Origin: Camelus dromedarius
Taxonomy: Eukaryota
Reading direction: 5' to 3'
Length of the DNA: 64,000 nucleotides
Assembly (NCBI RefSeq): GCF_036321535.1
Contig: NC_087436.1
Span: 112,284,001 to 112,348,000, forward strand
The translations under genes and the position numbers were made by a program. The notes under the pieces were generated by a model. That model did not search any database, was not told where the DNA came from, and saw only the letters and a program-made list of their open reading frames with translations. Positions 1 to 11,450 of the stretch are shown piece by piece. Each line of letters begins with the position of its first letter. Position 1 is the first letter of the stretch.

Positions 1-30
1 GGGCCAGGGGTTTTAAAATCCATTCTCCAA

Positions 31-368
31 GGGATCAATAGTAGCCAGAGGTTAGGAATGAAGGGGGTAAGAGTGGGGGTTGTGACTACAAAGGGGTAGC
101 CCCAGAGAGACCTTTGTGGTGATGGAATAGGTCTGTATCTTGATTGTGGTGGTAGCTTCGACAGATCTATACATGTGATAAAATGGCACAGATTTATACA
201 CACACATTGTACAAAGTCAATTTCTTTGTTTGATACTGTATTATAGTTACATAAGATAGAACCACTGGGGGGAACCGAGGTAAGAATACACGAGACCTTA
301 TACTATCTTTGCAATTGCTGTGAATATAGAGTTACTTAAAAAAAATTTTTTTAAACAAAAAAATAAAA
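31..368 (+). mobile_element. L1 (L1MC-like) 3' end with A-rich tail
   Basis: Typical L1M 3'UTR text (gtggtgatggaataggtctgtatcttgattgtggtggtag...catgtgataaaatggcacag) ending in an A-rich tail. Confidence 0.8.
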
Positions 369-371
369 TAA

Positions 372-497
372 AACCCATTTTTGAATGGAAAATCACTGAA
401 CCTTAGAAAGGTTAAATAACTCGCCCAAGGTAACACAAACATTACATGACAAAGGCAGGATTCAAACCCCATCTGTTGACAGCAACGACCATGCTTT
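372..497 (-). mobile_element. MIR SINE fragment
   Basis: Reverse MIR core: cccatttt...aggttaaataactcgcccaaggt...ggcaggattcaaaccc. Confidence 0.8.
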
Positions 498-1158
498 CCC
501 ACTCCTCTGTGGCACTCAACGTGGCACCAGGCATTGTCCCCCTGCCCCATGCCCCCAGGCCACAACAGATAAGGAACTTGTCATCTGCTTCTTGAGTGTC
601 CGAGCAACGTGTAAGTAACCACCTGCTCTTCCATCTGGTTCCTTTAGACATTTACGATCTTGCAAACAAAACCTTTAGATTTTACAAAAGCCACAGAGAA
701 GTGAAAACTGTCGTCACCAATGATCCTAGTTCAGATGATTAAGGGCATGTCAACATCTGAACATAGGGGGTAGTTTGATGTGTCTTTGGAGCCCCTTTAA
801 CTTGCCCCAGAATAATCAGCACATTCAGTCGTGATCCTGCAGCAGTCAGGCAAACCTTAAATCTAGAACAGCCAAATTCACTTTGGGATTTCCCTACACA
901 CTCAGCCAGCGGTAATCGGCTACCCAGTGCTCCCTAAATGTCACCTGGGATCTAGCTGGACATATTCATCTCCAGGCCAGTTTCTGTGACCGCATGGCCT
1001 GTCTTGTTGGTTGAGTACCATCTCTGCCCTTGTCATCAATTCCATTTCCATTTTTTCTGATTTGCTATTCTTCCCAAAGCAATGAGTCGGACTTTGTGCA
1101 GAGTGCAATGAGAAGCATGAAGTAGATTGGACCAAAACTCGGTTAGCAGTGTGCTTAC

Positions 1159-1305
1159 CTGAAGAGTTGTCCAGATAGAGAGATGCAGGAGAGCAAAGAA
1201 CAGAGAGAAGGGTAAGATGCCATTAGGAAAGACGTCATGGAGGTGGTAATATTGAGATAGGCTTAAGAGTTCGTTGATCCAACTCTTTTCCCCCAAACGC
1301 ATAAC
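1159..1305 (-). other. Candidate 147-nt internal exon of an unidentified minus-strand transcript
   Basis: Minus strand: ctctcctctcccaag|GTTATG...CTTCAG|gtaagc. Non-repetitive, open only in phase 0 (VMRLGEKS...IWTTLQ). Protein not recognised. Confidence 0.35.
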
Positions 1306-1457
1306 CTTGGGAGAGGAGAGCTTCTAGCATCAGCTATCTGCTGGGCCCCAGATCTGACCGCTTGAACAAATGCATTCCACACTCCTGTCTGTTATTTCTC
1401 GAGCACTAAGGACAAGTTCCACGGCCAAGCCAAAATAAGCAGAGCAGTCCTCTGCAT

Positions 1458-1648
1458 GTTTTGTTTTGTTTTGTTTTCGCTTATTTATTTTTATTGAAGT
1501 ATAGTTGATTTACGATGCTGCATTAGTTATACATATATTCTTTTTCAACTTCTTTCTTATTATCGGTTATTATAAGATATTAAATAGAGTTCCCTGTGCT
1601 CTACAGTAGAATTTTGTTGTTTATCTATTTTATACATAGTAGTGTGTA
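1458..1648 (-). mobile_element. Artiodactyl-type L1 3' end, 5'-truncated
   Basis: T-rich tail then ttgaagtatagttgatttac...gttccctgtgct.tacagtag. Possible TSD tctgcat at 1451-1457 and 1649-1655. Confidence 0.85.
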
Positions 1649-2289
1649 TCTGCATTGTACATTTTTTAAAGTCTAAATGATTTAGTATCAAATAGCAACA
1701 TGGGGAGGATACCAAATTTCAGGTTAATTCACTCTTTAACAAAAATACTTCTCCTTTTCTTCAAAGACACAGTCTAGATAAAGCTACGGCAAGTACACTC
1801 ATAAACAGAACACTGTGTACTGCAGCTGGAAGCTGATTGACAGCTCGCTCAACGCTTCTCTTCTTCCTGTGCCCCTTGCTACCTCTTCCCCTGTGTGCAG
1901 GAAGCACTGGCCTCCCCAAGGTCAGCCCCCACACCCTCCTCCCCAGACTCGGACACACCCCGGGCCCATCCAGGCTTGCTCTAGAGCCCTTGCATGTTCT
2001 TCTGCTTCTCCAGGGTACAAGCAGCTCTTCCACAAATTTGAGTGGTCAGATCCGAGTCTTGCTTTACGTGGACAAGCAGGGGAAACAGGCTCTTGAACTT
2101 GCTTTGAGAACAGCATATCAGGCTGATCAAACATAAGGAAAAGCAATGCTCGCTCTTCTAATGCCCAGCCTCTCCACTGACACACACTGCACTCCCGTGG
2201 GTACCTCTCTTCCTCATGAGCAGAAGCTGGATGTCCACCTGCTGAGAATACAGTCGATGTTAGGGAATGCCATTTCAGACCTTGATAGA

Positions 2290-2475
2290 ATTAGCTCCCA
2301 AACAGTTTATGCTTTTTGCTATATGCATTTCCTATCTTTACCATCATTTTCTTGACATATTTTAATTGACCAGAAATATGTGCACCTTAAAGCTTAGCCT
2401 AGACCTAAGCAATAATATCTAAGTAATCACAGCTTGGTGCTCCAATTCTGGGTTTCCATACTCATTAAAACGAAC
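2290..2475. mobile_element. hAT-Charlie MITE, MER113-like
   Basis: gacctaagcaataatatc...aatcacag...atactcattaaaa resembles the recalled MER113 consensus. Confidence 0.45.
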
Positions 2476-3497
2476 ACAGGACTATCACTTATGATTATCT
2501 GGTTTACCATCAAGGATGTGTAGAACCACTTTGGGAATTGCCTTCTGATGCTACAGTTCTGATTATCATGGAAGAGGTTTGAATCTGCAAGAAGTAAGGG
2601 AGATGTGGTACAAGCTCAATAAGGAAAGCACAGGGTAGCAAGATATGTTCAATTAAAACATGTAAGGGAACAGCAGGAAACCTAAATTCGAAGATTTTTA
2701 AAGAGCTAAGCTGATCCCTGGAGAGGCAAATGTGTCCACTCTTAGCTTATTTTTTCCTGAGCCAATGAGTAAATTTCTGTTTGTATTTGAAGAGAAATAT
2801 TGGTTTTTCTCTCACTTGAAAAAAGAAGATAAAAGGATTCTATGTGTCTCTTCTGTTTCAACTGAATGGAGAGGCTATTCTCCTGTCATTTCCGTCAACA
2901 TGTTTTCTTTCATTCAACCCATTTCACTGGGTTGTCAACTGAGGGAATTGATGGCGTTTCATTGTATACAAGTGATATAGGTATAATGTGACCTGAATCA
3001 ACCCATAAAGAAAAAGTCATAGGATACTAGTAATTTATAAAATTCCAAACTCAATGTTCTGTGTTGGGGAACCCACATTTTAACTAAAGTTTTCAAAATA
3101 TGCTTAGCATAGCCATTAAAGTTATAAATGGTATTTTCTCAAAGTATTGCATCAGGACACTGACCTTTTCCCAAAAGAGCACCTAGGTCATAGGTCTTGA
3201 TATTTTCTACACCATCAAGGGGACATTTGCTCTGGGGAAAGTGATCAACGTTGGAATTATTTGTTTGCAGTGATCCAGCTGTGCTTTTGGACACCTTTTT
3301 GAAATATTGTCTCCAACCTTCATGATTCATATCCACCTCTCAAGGTTGTAGGAAAACTTCTTCATCATCTTTACAAAGATATTCACAGGAAAGGCTTTGA
3401 CATCTCTTATCCCTTATAAGAGAGTGTGCTGGCATTCCTCCTCCCAGGCATGATTGCAGACTCCTCCCCCTCAGAAAGGATGGAGTGAGAAGACCAG

Positions 3498-3930
3498 GGT
3501 ATGGCACGTTGGAAAGACTGTTATCTTTGGAGTAAAGAGAGCTGGGTTCAAATCCCAAGTCATACACTATGAGCTTTATGTCATAGGGGAAGCCAACATG
3601 CCTTCCCAACAGAGCCAACTTGCCTGGTATGCTCTGGTAGTCATGGATAGACTTTGTATTTATTATAAACAGTAGCTGCCTCAAGCTTCCTGGGGGCACC
3701 CCCACCACAGCTGTAGCCATCCTAACCCTTTCTGGGACCGGCTCTTCTAAATGGTCGTTGCCCATCCTTTTCTGGTTGTTCTTAAATATTTTGAATATCC
3801 TTCTTGCTCTCAAAATTCTGTGTCCCAATCTATATAATGGGATAACAATGCCAACCACAAGGCTTATGATAATGATTAAAAGAAAAACAGAACATGTCCA
3901 ACACTTAGTTACCCATCAACAAATGTTAAT
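3498..3930 (+). mobile_element. MIR, interrupted (about 3498-3590 and 3815-3930)
   Basis: 5' part ctgggttcaaatcccaag, 3' part atctatataatgggataacaatgcc...caacaaatgtt. Confidence 0.6.
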
Positions 3931-4037
3931 TGCCTTTGCTCTTCACGTCAATAGGATTTAGGCTTAAACCGGAGAGACCTTTCTTCCCCACTGATTTGAT
4001 TAAGTGTTTCCAAGCCCAGGACTCAAAAGACACCCCC

Positions 4038-4086
4038 CTACATACGCATACGCACACGCACGCATGCACACATACACACACACACT
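4038..4086. repeat. Imperfect (CA)n/(CACG)n microsatellite
   Basis: tacatacgcatacgcacacgcacgcatgcacacatacacacacacac. Confidence 0.9.
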
Positions 4087-5033
4087 GTAGGGTTTTTATC
4101 ACAGCTACTTTGTAGCGCAAATATCAGAGGGCCCTGCTCATGTCCCAGTCCAAACACAGTGATATTCTTGAAAATACAGAATTCCATGTTCCCGGAGTCC
4201 TAGCCCTCCCTGGTATTTCCCTCCCAGCCTCCAAACTCCCTTTCATGGGCTGTCAGATCTATTTTGCAGCCTGTTTGAGTGAGTTGATTAGGGCCTGAGG
4301 GAGCAGCCCTGGCTCTGCAAAGGAGGGGGCCAGGCTGCTGAATGCTGGGAAAGCCACCTCCTCTTTCTTCTTCAAGATATGCACTGGAAAAAACAAGACA
4401 ATTTTCGCTCAGTTTTGTAGTTTTCTAGTGTCTCCCAGCCATTTCAACCCCAGAGTAGAAATCCAAGCTTATGCCTGTCACGGATTTTTTTCAATCAGTC
4501 TATTTTAATTGCATAAATGTTCTTCTTTGTCTTGAAGGAGAAATATGATGCAGAGTTCATTGTAAAAGGATGTCGCCTTGATTGGTATAATAAGACTTTC
4601 TTTTCAAATGCACTGTATAAAGACCAGAAGCCAGATAGGGCTTCTACTTTCAAATCACCTCCAGAAATTAAAGAGTTCTCACCCTAAGCTGTATTTTCAT
4701 TTTAATTTTTTAAATTAAAAAATAGAGCATAAATAAAGGCAAAATAAACGAATAAATAAACTATATTTTCTCTCGAATATTCTTTTCAAAGTCTAAGGTG
4801 AGTCTTTGTGTGGTTTTCGCATGTACTGAAACACTGTAATATCAGGAAGGAGATTTGGTGGGGTGGCATGGTGGAGGTCTCTTGTCTTGAGAAAGGACCA
4901 GATTTGTCATGTTACTGGAAGTGACTTTGAGCTCTCTTGCACATCCAAAGTTGCCATTGAGTTATAAAGGGTTTAATTTATTTTAAGAAAAAAATGGCTT
5001 AGCGTTCATCCATTGGAAATATTGTTTAGACCA

Positions 5034-5489
5034 TGTTGTGTGTTGAATTGTGTCCCTAACAAAGATATATTTGAGTTCTAATCTCCAATATCTGTGAACG
5101 TGACCTTATTTGGAAATCGAGTTTTTGCAGCAGTAATTCAGTTAAGATGCAATCCTACTTGATTATGGTGAGCTGTAATCTAATGACTGGCCGTGCAGAG
5201 ATACCGAGATGGGGAGACCAGACACACGGGGAAGAAGGCCATGTGAAGACAGAAGCACAGATCAGAGTTATGCTGCCACAAGCCAAGGGATGTCAAGTGT
5301 TGCTGGCACCACCAAAAGCTAGAAGAGGCAAGGAAGGATTCCTTCCTAGAGTCTACTGAGGAAGCACAGCCTGGCTGACACCTTGATTTCAGACTCCTGG
5401 CCTCCAGAATTGTGACAGAACAAATTTCTTTTCTTTTAAGTCATCAAGTTTGTAGTGATTTGTTACAATCGCCCTAGGAATCTAAAACA
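5034..5489 (+). mobile_element. MaLR solo LTR, MLT1C-like
   Basis: Starts tgttgtgtgttgaattgtgtcc. Contains gtgaccttatttggaaat, ccatgtgaagacaga, gacaccttgatttcagac.cctggcctccagaa. Ends ctaggaatctaaaaca. Confidence 0.9.
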
Positions 5490-6114
5490 GACCCCAATCC
5501 CTAGGATCCAGCAAGGAAGAAAGAGAATGAGGCTGCCCACCATTTTGTGGGAACAAGACAAGAAGGCTGAGGTTCCTGAACAGTTGAAGTAATAGCTGCC
5601 TTTGTAAGTCCAGCCTGAGGTGAGAATGTGACTCTGCACTGGAGCCTCCCTGTCCTCCTGTGTCTGCATCTTGTTCCCTACATCAGTCTCTCCTGATTTT
5701 CTCCAGACCATTTGAGCTCCTCAGATATCCTCTGAGAATTCTCTCCTTCCAAGTTCTCTCAGATTCTCTCTTTCCAACTTACAGGACTGGGAGATGCCAA
5801 ATTTGAACTCAAGCACAATCCCTACCCTCTCACTGATTAACTCTGCTTCTATGAGGATGTTGCGAGATATTCCTAAGTGCATTGGCCCATTTGCAAATCA
5901 GGAACAGGAATATCAACCCCACACAGTTTTGGAGAGTTTTATATGAAGTGACATATTAAAATCTTGACAGCTAATAGTTCCTTGATAAAATGTAATTTCC
6001 CTCATTTCCCTTCCCAAGAGACATTCATACTGTGAATCAAAGGTGGCAAGAAGACAAGTCTAGAGAAGTCAGGCAGAGAAGAAGATTAAGAATCCCTGAG
6101 GACCGAGGTTGTCT

Positions 6115-6545
6115 GGAACCTAATGTGGGCTAGGCATTCTGCTAAGTCCTTTGCAAGAGCTATCCAGTGAATCCTCATCCATGCTCCATGAAGCAGATAC
6201 TGCTGTCTCCTCAGTTTTCTGAAAAGAAAAGAAAAACCTAAAGCTTAGAGCAGGGCTCATCAACCCAGCACTACTGACATTTTGGACCAGATAATTCTTG
6301 ACAGCGCAGTGCTAACCTGTGCATTGTGGCATGTTTAGCATGATCCCTGACCTCTACCCACTAGATGTCAGTAGTACCCCCTCCCCAAGTTGCGTCAACC
6401 AAGAATGTCTCAGATATTGCCTAGTGTCTCCTTGAGGGGCAAAATTACCCCAGTCGAGAACTGTAGTTTGAAAGAGATTCAGTTACTGGTCCAACATCAC
6501 AAAAACAGTACAACCTAGGGTTTCAAAACCCAGGTGGCTATTATT
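6115..6545 (-). mobile_element. MIR split by MER20
   Basis: MIR reverse-strand text on both sides of the MER20. Confidence 0.6.
6251..6463. mobile_element. MER20 (hAT-Charlie MITE)
   Basis: cactactgacattttggaccagataattctt...cctctacccactagatgtcagtag...ggggcaaaattaccccagtcgagaactg. Confidence 0.9.
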
Positions 6546-6821
6546 AACAAAGAATGAGAGAGAGAGTTAGTGTTTACCCTAAGACAGAGACAACTGACCT
6601 TTTCCCTGTTCCAGTATTGCCCCAGTAACAATGACTTTTGATGAAAACCCCAAGGGGTGCTCTTTATATTCAAACCACACCACGGAACATAAGGGTAGAG
6701 GGCTTGAATCAGGAAGATTTCTGACAAGTGTCATGTTAGGTGATGAAGATAAACTAATCTCTCCTTCCACAGTAATTGAATTTTTAGATGATCTCATAGT
6801 CAACTACAATAAAGACATCTA

Positions 6822-7185
6822 TGCCCAGCCTTCTATGTAGCTAGATGTGGCAATGTGACTCATATCTGGCAGTGGATGTAAGTGCAAGTGATATAAGCAT
6901 CTTCTGGGACATGTGCTTAAAAGGCATGCATATGCTTCCCCCTTAGTCTCTCCTCCTTCATGATGCTTGGCAGCTGGATACATGGTGAGCCATCTGAGAC
7001 CATGAAGAGAAGGACAGGGCCCTACAGATGGCAGCACAATGAGAAGCTGCCTGGACCCTGACAACTTTGCAGAGCAGAGCTACCTGACCACCTTGGACTT
7101 TACATGAGAGAGAACTAAGCTTTGATGTTTCTTTAAGCCAACTTCCATTTGGGGTCTCTCCCATAGGCAACTGAAGCAATAGCCA
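6822..7185 (+). mobile_element. Old MaLR LTR (MLT1I/J-like)
   Basis: cccagcc...gctagatgtggcaatgtgact...gatggcagcaca...tttaagcca. Confidence 0.75.
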
Positions 7186-7334
7186 TATCTCTCTATACAA
7201 AGTATAAACACTTTTGGAATGATACATTAGACCTTCTGATATTAGCATTTAATACAGTCCATACCTTAAGCCAAGCTATTATTCAATGGTTAAATCCTGG
7301 CCACCAATGCAAAGGACTGCCACCTGTGTTGGCG

Positions 7335-7592
7335 GAGCAGCATTGTGGAGTAATGTGAAGACACTGGCTTTGGCATTAAGTTGGCCAAGTTCAAATTTCT
7401 GCCTTCTGTTCAAACCTGTGTGACTTTGGGCAAATTACTTGACTTTTTATGCTTCAGTTTCTTTTGTTACAAGATGAGGATTCTAATTGTGCCTATCTTA
7501 GGAATTTCTTATGCGGATTAAATAAGTTAGTATTTATGAAGCACTTAACAACAATTCATGGCATGTATAGTAACCATTCAACAAATATTGCC
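7335..7592 (+). mobile_element. MIR, near full length
   Basis: gttcaaat...tgtgtgactttgggcaaattactt...cttcagtttc...gcacttaaca...caacaaatattg. Confidence 0.9.
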
Positions 7593-7639
7593 CACCACTA
7601 TTTCTCATATACTGTCTTTTAGAGAGAACAGGAAGGCCT

Positions 7640-8000
7640 CTTTTACATACGAAAGTAGAACCTGAGACAAGGATTTAGGCATAGGCAGTTTATCTGAGAG
7701 ATAGTCACATGAAGCCCAAGTGAGGAAGAGGGGAAACTGCGAAAGGGAAGGGCAAAAAGCCAGCAGGGCTGATTTAGAATATAGATAACCACTTTGGGCA
7801 ACTGGCTAAACCCCAGTGGGGAAGCTCTGAAGAACAATATAGAATAGCCCTCAGGATTGCCCCACTGGGGGTAAGAGCCCTTGGGTAATTAATTATCCAC
7901 TCTCTTTACCTTCACTGGTCCCTTACCTCCAGGTTGTATCTGACTTCTGGGAGCAAGCACCTGAGATTCAGAGAAAATCATCAGGTAGAGAAGATGAAAG
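7640..8000 (-). mobile_element. ERV-L LTR, LTR33-like
   Basis: agaacctgagacaaggatttagg...cagtttatctgagag...ggcaactggc...ccccagtgggg. Confidence 0.7.
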
Positions 8001-8589
8001 ATGCAGCTACTTGAGCTAGGAAGGTATCAGTGCTGTGGCAAGTCTTCCAGGACTGCCAGTTTACTCAGGTGGGGCAAGAAGCCATGTGGGCAAAACATCA
8101 ACAGTGTCTGCTCCTCAAAGACAGCTTCCTGGATGCCAAGGCCAGGAGGCAAAACTAGTCTTTCTATTTCTAAGGAAAGAGAGCCTAATTAGACATCATC
8201 CCAGTTTGTCCAATGGTTTGTCTTCTGAATTCATAAGGCCCATCATCTTATATCAAGGTTTCTCGTGAAAATAAAAAGGTTGTAGAAAAGCTTGTGCTTA
8301 GTTGTGTTTTAGTAGCATTTAATCAAGATCATTGGCAGCCATGTGGCTAACAAGCCATTTAGGGCCTTTCAGCTCCCTGGGTGCTCCCTGAAACAAGTTT
8401 GCACAAGTCACCTCTAGCTTTAATACATGCAGAGAAGGGCTTGTGGATTGGGGAATAGTTAGACAAGAACAAAATTAACATAAACAGACATGGAAATGTA
8501 ACGCTCAAGGCAAAATGAAGAAAATCTGCCTGGTGTGCTTTCCAAGACACTGGATTCTCCTCTGGAGGAAAGGACACGAACATTAACCC

Positions 8590-8800
8590 AGTGTCTAGTA
8601 TGTGCAGGCATGGTGCTAGGCATTTTACAGCCATTATCTCATCTGGTCCTCAAACTAGCCCTGTGCGGGAAGAATTGCTGTTTCCATTTTACAGATGAGA
8701 TAACCAAGGTTTCATGGAGTGATCTGCCTAAGGTCACACAGTAAGACCAAGTCACTGTTCACAGCCTGCTCGTTCCATCTCCAACCTCCACATGCTTTCC
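8590..8800 (-). mobile_element. MIR
   Basis: ccattttacagatgagataacc...gatctgcctaaggtcacacag. Confidence 0.85.
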
Positions 8801-8834
8801 TGGTGTTTTCCATGTGCTTCTTCCTCCTGTCTGT

Positions 8835-8978
8835 GCACCAGAATCACTTATATTAAAGTAAGTTTCCCAAGCCCTATCCAGATCTATTGGCTCACAGTCT
8901 CTGGGAATAGGCCTAGAAAATTTCTATTATAAAGGTCCCCCAGGTAATTCCAGTCAATCCCATTTGGAAACATCTGTG
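8835..8978. mobile_element. MER5-type hAT MITE
   Basis: agaatcac...ccagatctatt...ccccaggtaattc...tttggaaacatctg. Confidence 0.6.
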
Positions 8979-9121
8979 CATGATACATTTTTTGCCTCTG
9001 GAATGTTTCTGTAGTCAGGGAGGTAAAATTGAAAAAAGACTTCAGGAAGAGCTGATTTTTAAATCAGTCAGCATCCAAGGTGCACCCAGATCCTAAAACA
9101 AAAAAGCACGCTCTGATGCAA

Positions 9122-9325
9122 GGAATGGTAAGCATCTTCTGCAAAGGGCCAGATGATAAATATTTTAGTCTCTGTCACAACTACTCAACTTTGCCATTTG
9201 TGAAAGCAGTCACAGGTAAAAGAATGAGAGTGCTTGTGCTCCAATAAAACTTTATTTATAAAGATAGGCCATGGGTTGAATTTGGCCCATGGGTCATAGT
9301 TTGCTGACTACTGACCCCTGCTCTA
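9122..9325. mobile_element. MER58A
   Basis: aaagggccagatgataaatattttag...caactactcaact...ccaataaaactttattt...atagtttgctgac. Confidence 0.9.
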
Positions 9326-9819
9326 AGAGCAGATACTTCTTGGAGGTGTCCTGGGCAACTCTGATGATAGAACACCACTTCAAAAGGAAAATTGTCTTTG
9401 CTCATGTTTATGTCCACAAGATTAAACTTACATTCATATACATAAGAGAACAGACTACCACACTGATACCCTGGTTTTGCTGGCTGACTTAGTATTTGAT
9501 GTGAATCATGTACAGTCAAATAGGCCATCGTACCAACCATGGTGAGACTGGATTGAATAAATCAGCTATGATTGAATTAATCGGGGTCAAAGAGTGTCCT
9601 CAGATTCTAGTTTCAGAAGCACCAGAGCTTCTTGGTAAAGATCTACTTATTTCAAATCATAAGACACTTCACAATTTGGAGGATTGAGCAGAGAGACAAT
9701 AGACTTTGCTCTTGTCAGTGCTGAATGACTGAGAACGAATATTATCTTTCTATATCTTATACCTTCTTTTTCTCATTGGTAAACAAAGTATTAGGTTAAA
9801 TTCACTCAATTCTCTTCTT

Positions 9820-9967
9820 TTGGAGGTGGGGATAGAGGAGTAAGTTTACTTATTTATTTACTTATTTATTCATTCATTCATTTATTTTAATGGAGGCACT
9901 GGGGATTGAAACCAGGACCTCATGCCTGCTAAGCACACACTCTACCACTGAGCCATACCCTCCCCCT
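9820..9967 (-). mobile_element. Camelid tRNA-derived SINE (vic-1 type)
   Basis: Minus strand GGGGGAGGGTATGGCTCAGTGGTAGAG...GTCCTGGTTTCAATCCCCAG (Pol III A and B boxes) with (TAAA/TGAA)n tail. 14-bp TSD with 2 mismatches at 9806-9819 and 9968-9981. Confidence 0.9.
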
Positions 9968-10113
9968 TCAGTCCTCTTCTTGATGCCCTCCCTCACATGG
10001 CTGATGCTAAACAGGAACCTTTAAGAAGATAGGTCAGGACGTGACAAAGGGCAGTGCACATGAAGCGTGATGGGAATCTAGACCGTCTGTTTCACAGGCT
10101 GTGGTTTGCTCAC

Positions 10114-10201
10114 CTTCAGCCTTCTCTCCATTACAGAAGCCTTTCCCTTCATCACAGCCATTCTCCAGAAGAGTCTTCATAAACACCCAGATGCCTGAAG
10201 T
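10114..10201 (-). other. Candidate 88-nt internal exon of the minus-strand transcript
   Basis: Strong acceptor ctctgacatcctcttctctcatcttctctag| and donor GAAG|gtgagc. Non-repetitive sequence. Confidence 0.4.
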
Positions 10202-10974
10202 CTAGAGAAGATGAGAGAAGAGGATGTCAGAGTGAAGCTACCAAAGACCCACAGGTCCTTCGACAACTAGAGCTAACTCTCCAGATGATGGGGCCATTCT
10301 TGCCCCAAAGAGTTCCAGTGGGAGACACTTATGGTATAATAATGTTTTATACAGACAGAGTATACATATATACATATTGTGTGCATAAAAAGTAATCAGA
10401 TTGGTGCTAAATGGGGCTACTAACTAACCCACCTGAGATTGGTCAGACTGGGAAGGAGACTCTAAGAGCTCTTCTGACTCAAAGTCTGTGATTCTGGAGT
10501 CCACAGTGGGCAATACTATTTCCAACTCTGACATTGGCAACATGGGCTGATTTGTTGGAATTCCTGGCTTCCCCTTGGCTGATTAATTCATAGAGAGGAG
10601 CACACCCTGAAAGTTCACTTTTATGAATCTATCTTGCGGAAGGGTGTTCGAAGCATCTTCAATTTCTTCTCAAAATATTCATCTACAGATGAGTCAAATA
10701 TATGGATTCCCATTCAATCCACATTTTTAGCCCACATAGTACCCTCTGCTAAAAGTAAACCTGTTTTCTACCAGGCGGGGCAGGAGAGAAAAGATCTAGG
10801 CTCTTACTGCTTCCATGAAAACTTTTCGATGACACATCCCACTCTCAGCTTCTCAGACACCCTGCCTTCAGTGTTACCTGGTGCCCAGAACCCCTTTTCA
10901 GGTTCTGTACCATGCATCTGTTTTCTCCTTAACTTCACCCCCGCGGGCACTGCAGGTCCATAACCCAGGTACCA

Positions 10975-11450
10975 ACAGTAAATCTTTTCAGCTTTTAAAA
11001 ATGTATTGATATCTCCTGCCTGCTTTAGTTGTCTCTCTTACCTTAGATTCCATGGTTCTGTGCTTTTTTACCCCTTTATTGTCACTTGAGTTAGATTTGG
11101 AGAAGACATGATGTCACTACATGTGTCTGATTTGTCACATTAAAGTTGAAACTTGCAGAAACATCAGTTTTAACAGTTCCACAATGCTTATTGGTAGATG
11201 CGTTATGTTCACATAACCATTATCCAGCTGTTGGACAGTTAGGTTGGTGCCCGTTTTTTCACCATCACTGAAAACAACACAATGGTGAATCTCTTTATGC
11301 ATAAAGTTCTTTCTACTTTTGAAATGATTATTTTTAAGATAGATTTCTGGAAATATAATTAATAACCAAGTTCAAAGGTTCCCACAATTCCTTTGCAAAA
11401 TAGTTTCATCAGGGAACATACCCGCCAGCACAGCAGGAGAGCATCTGTCT
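10975..11450 (-). mobile_element. Old L1 (L1ME-like) fragments
   Basis: ccattatccagctgttggacagttaggtt...tagatttctggaaat, typical reverse-strand L1 3' region. Confidence 0.6.

Noticed and set aside
3340..3858. 172-aa minus-strand ORF
   Set aside because: Overlaps MIR fragments, has no recognisable domain and no supporting exon structure.
4770..4803. Plus-strand polypyrimidine...AAG|GTGAGT resembling a recursive splice site or 6-nt microexon
   Set aside because: No evidence of a plus-strand host transcript, and the motif is expected by chance.
9895..9967. tRNA-like A/B box sequence
   Set aside because: Head of a SINE with tail and TSD, not a tRNA gene.
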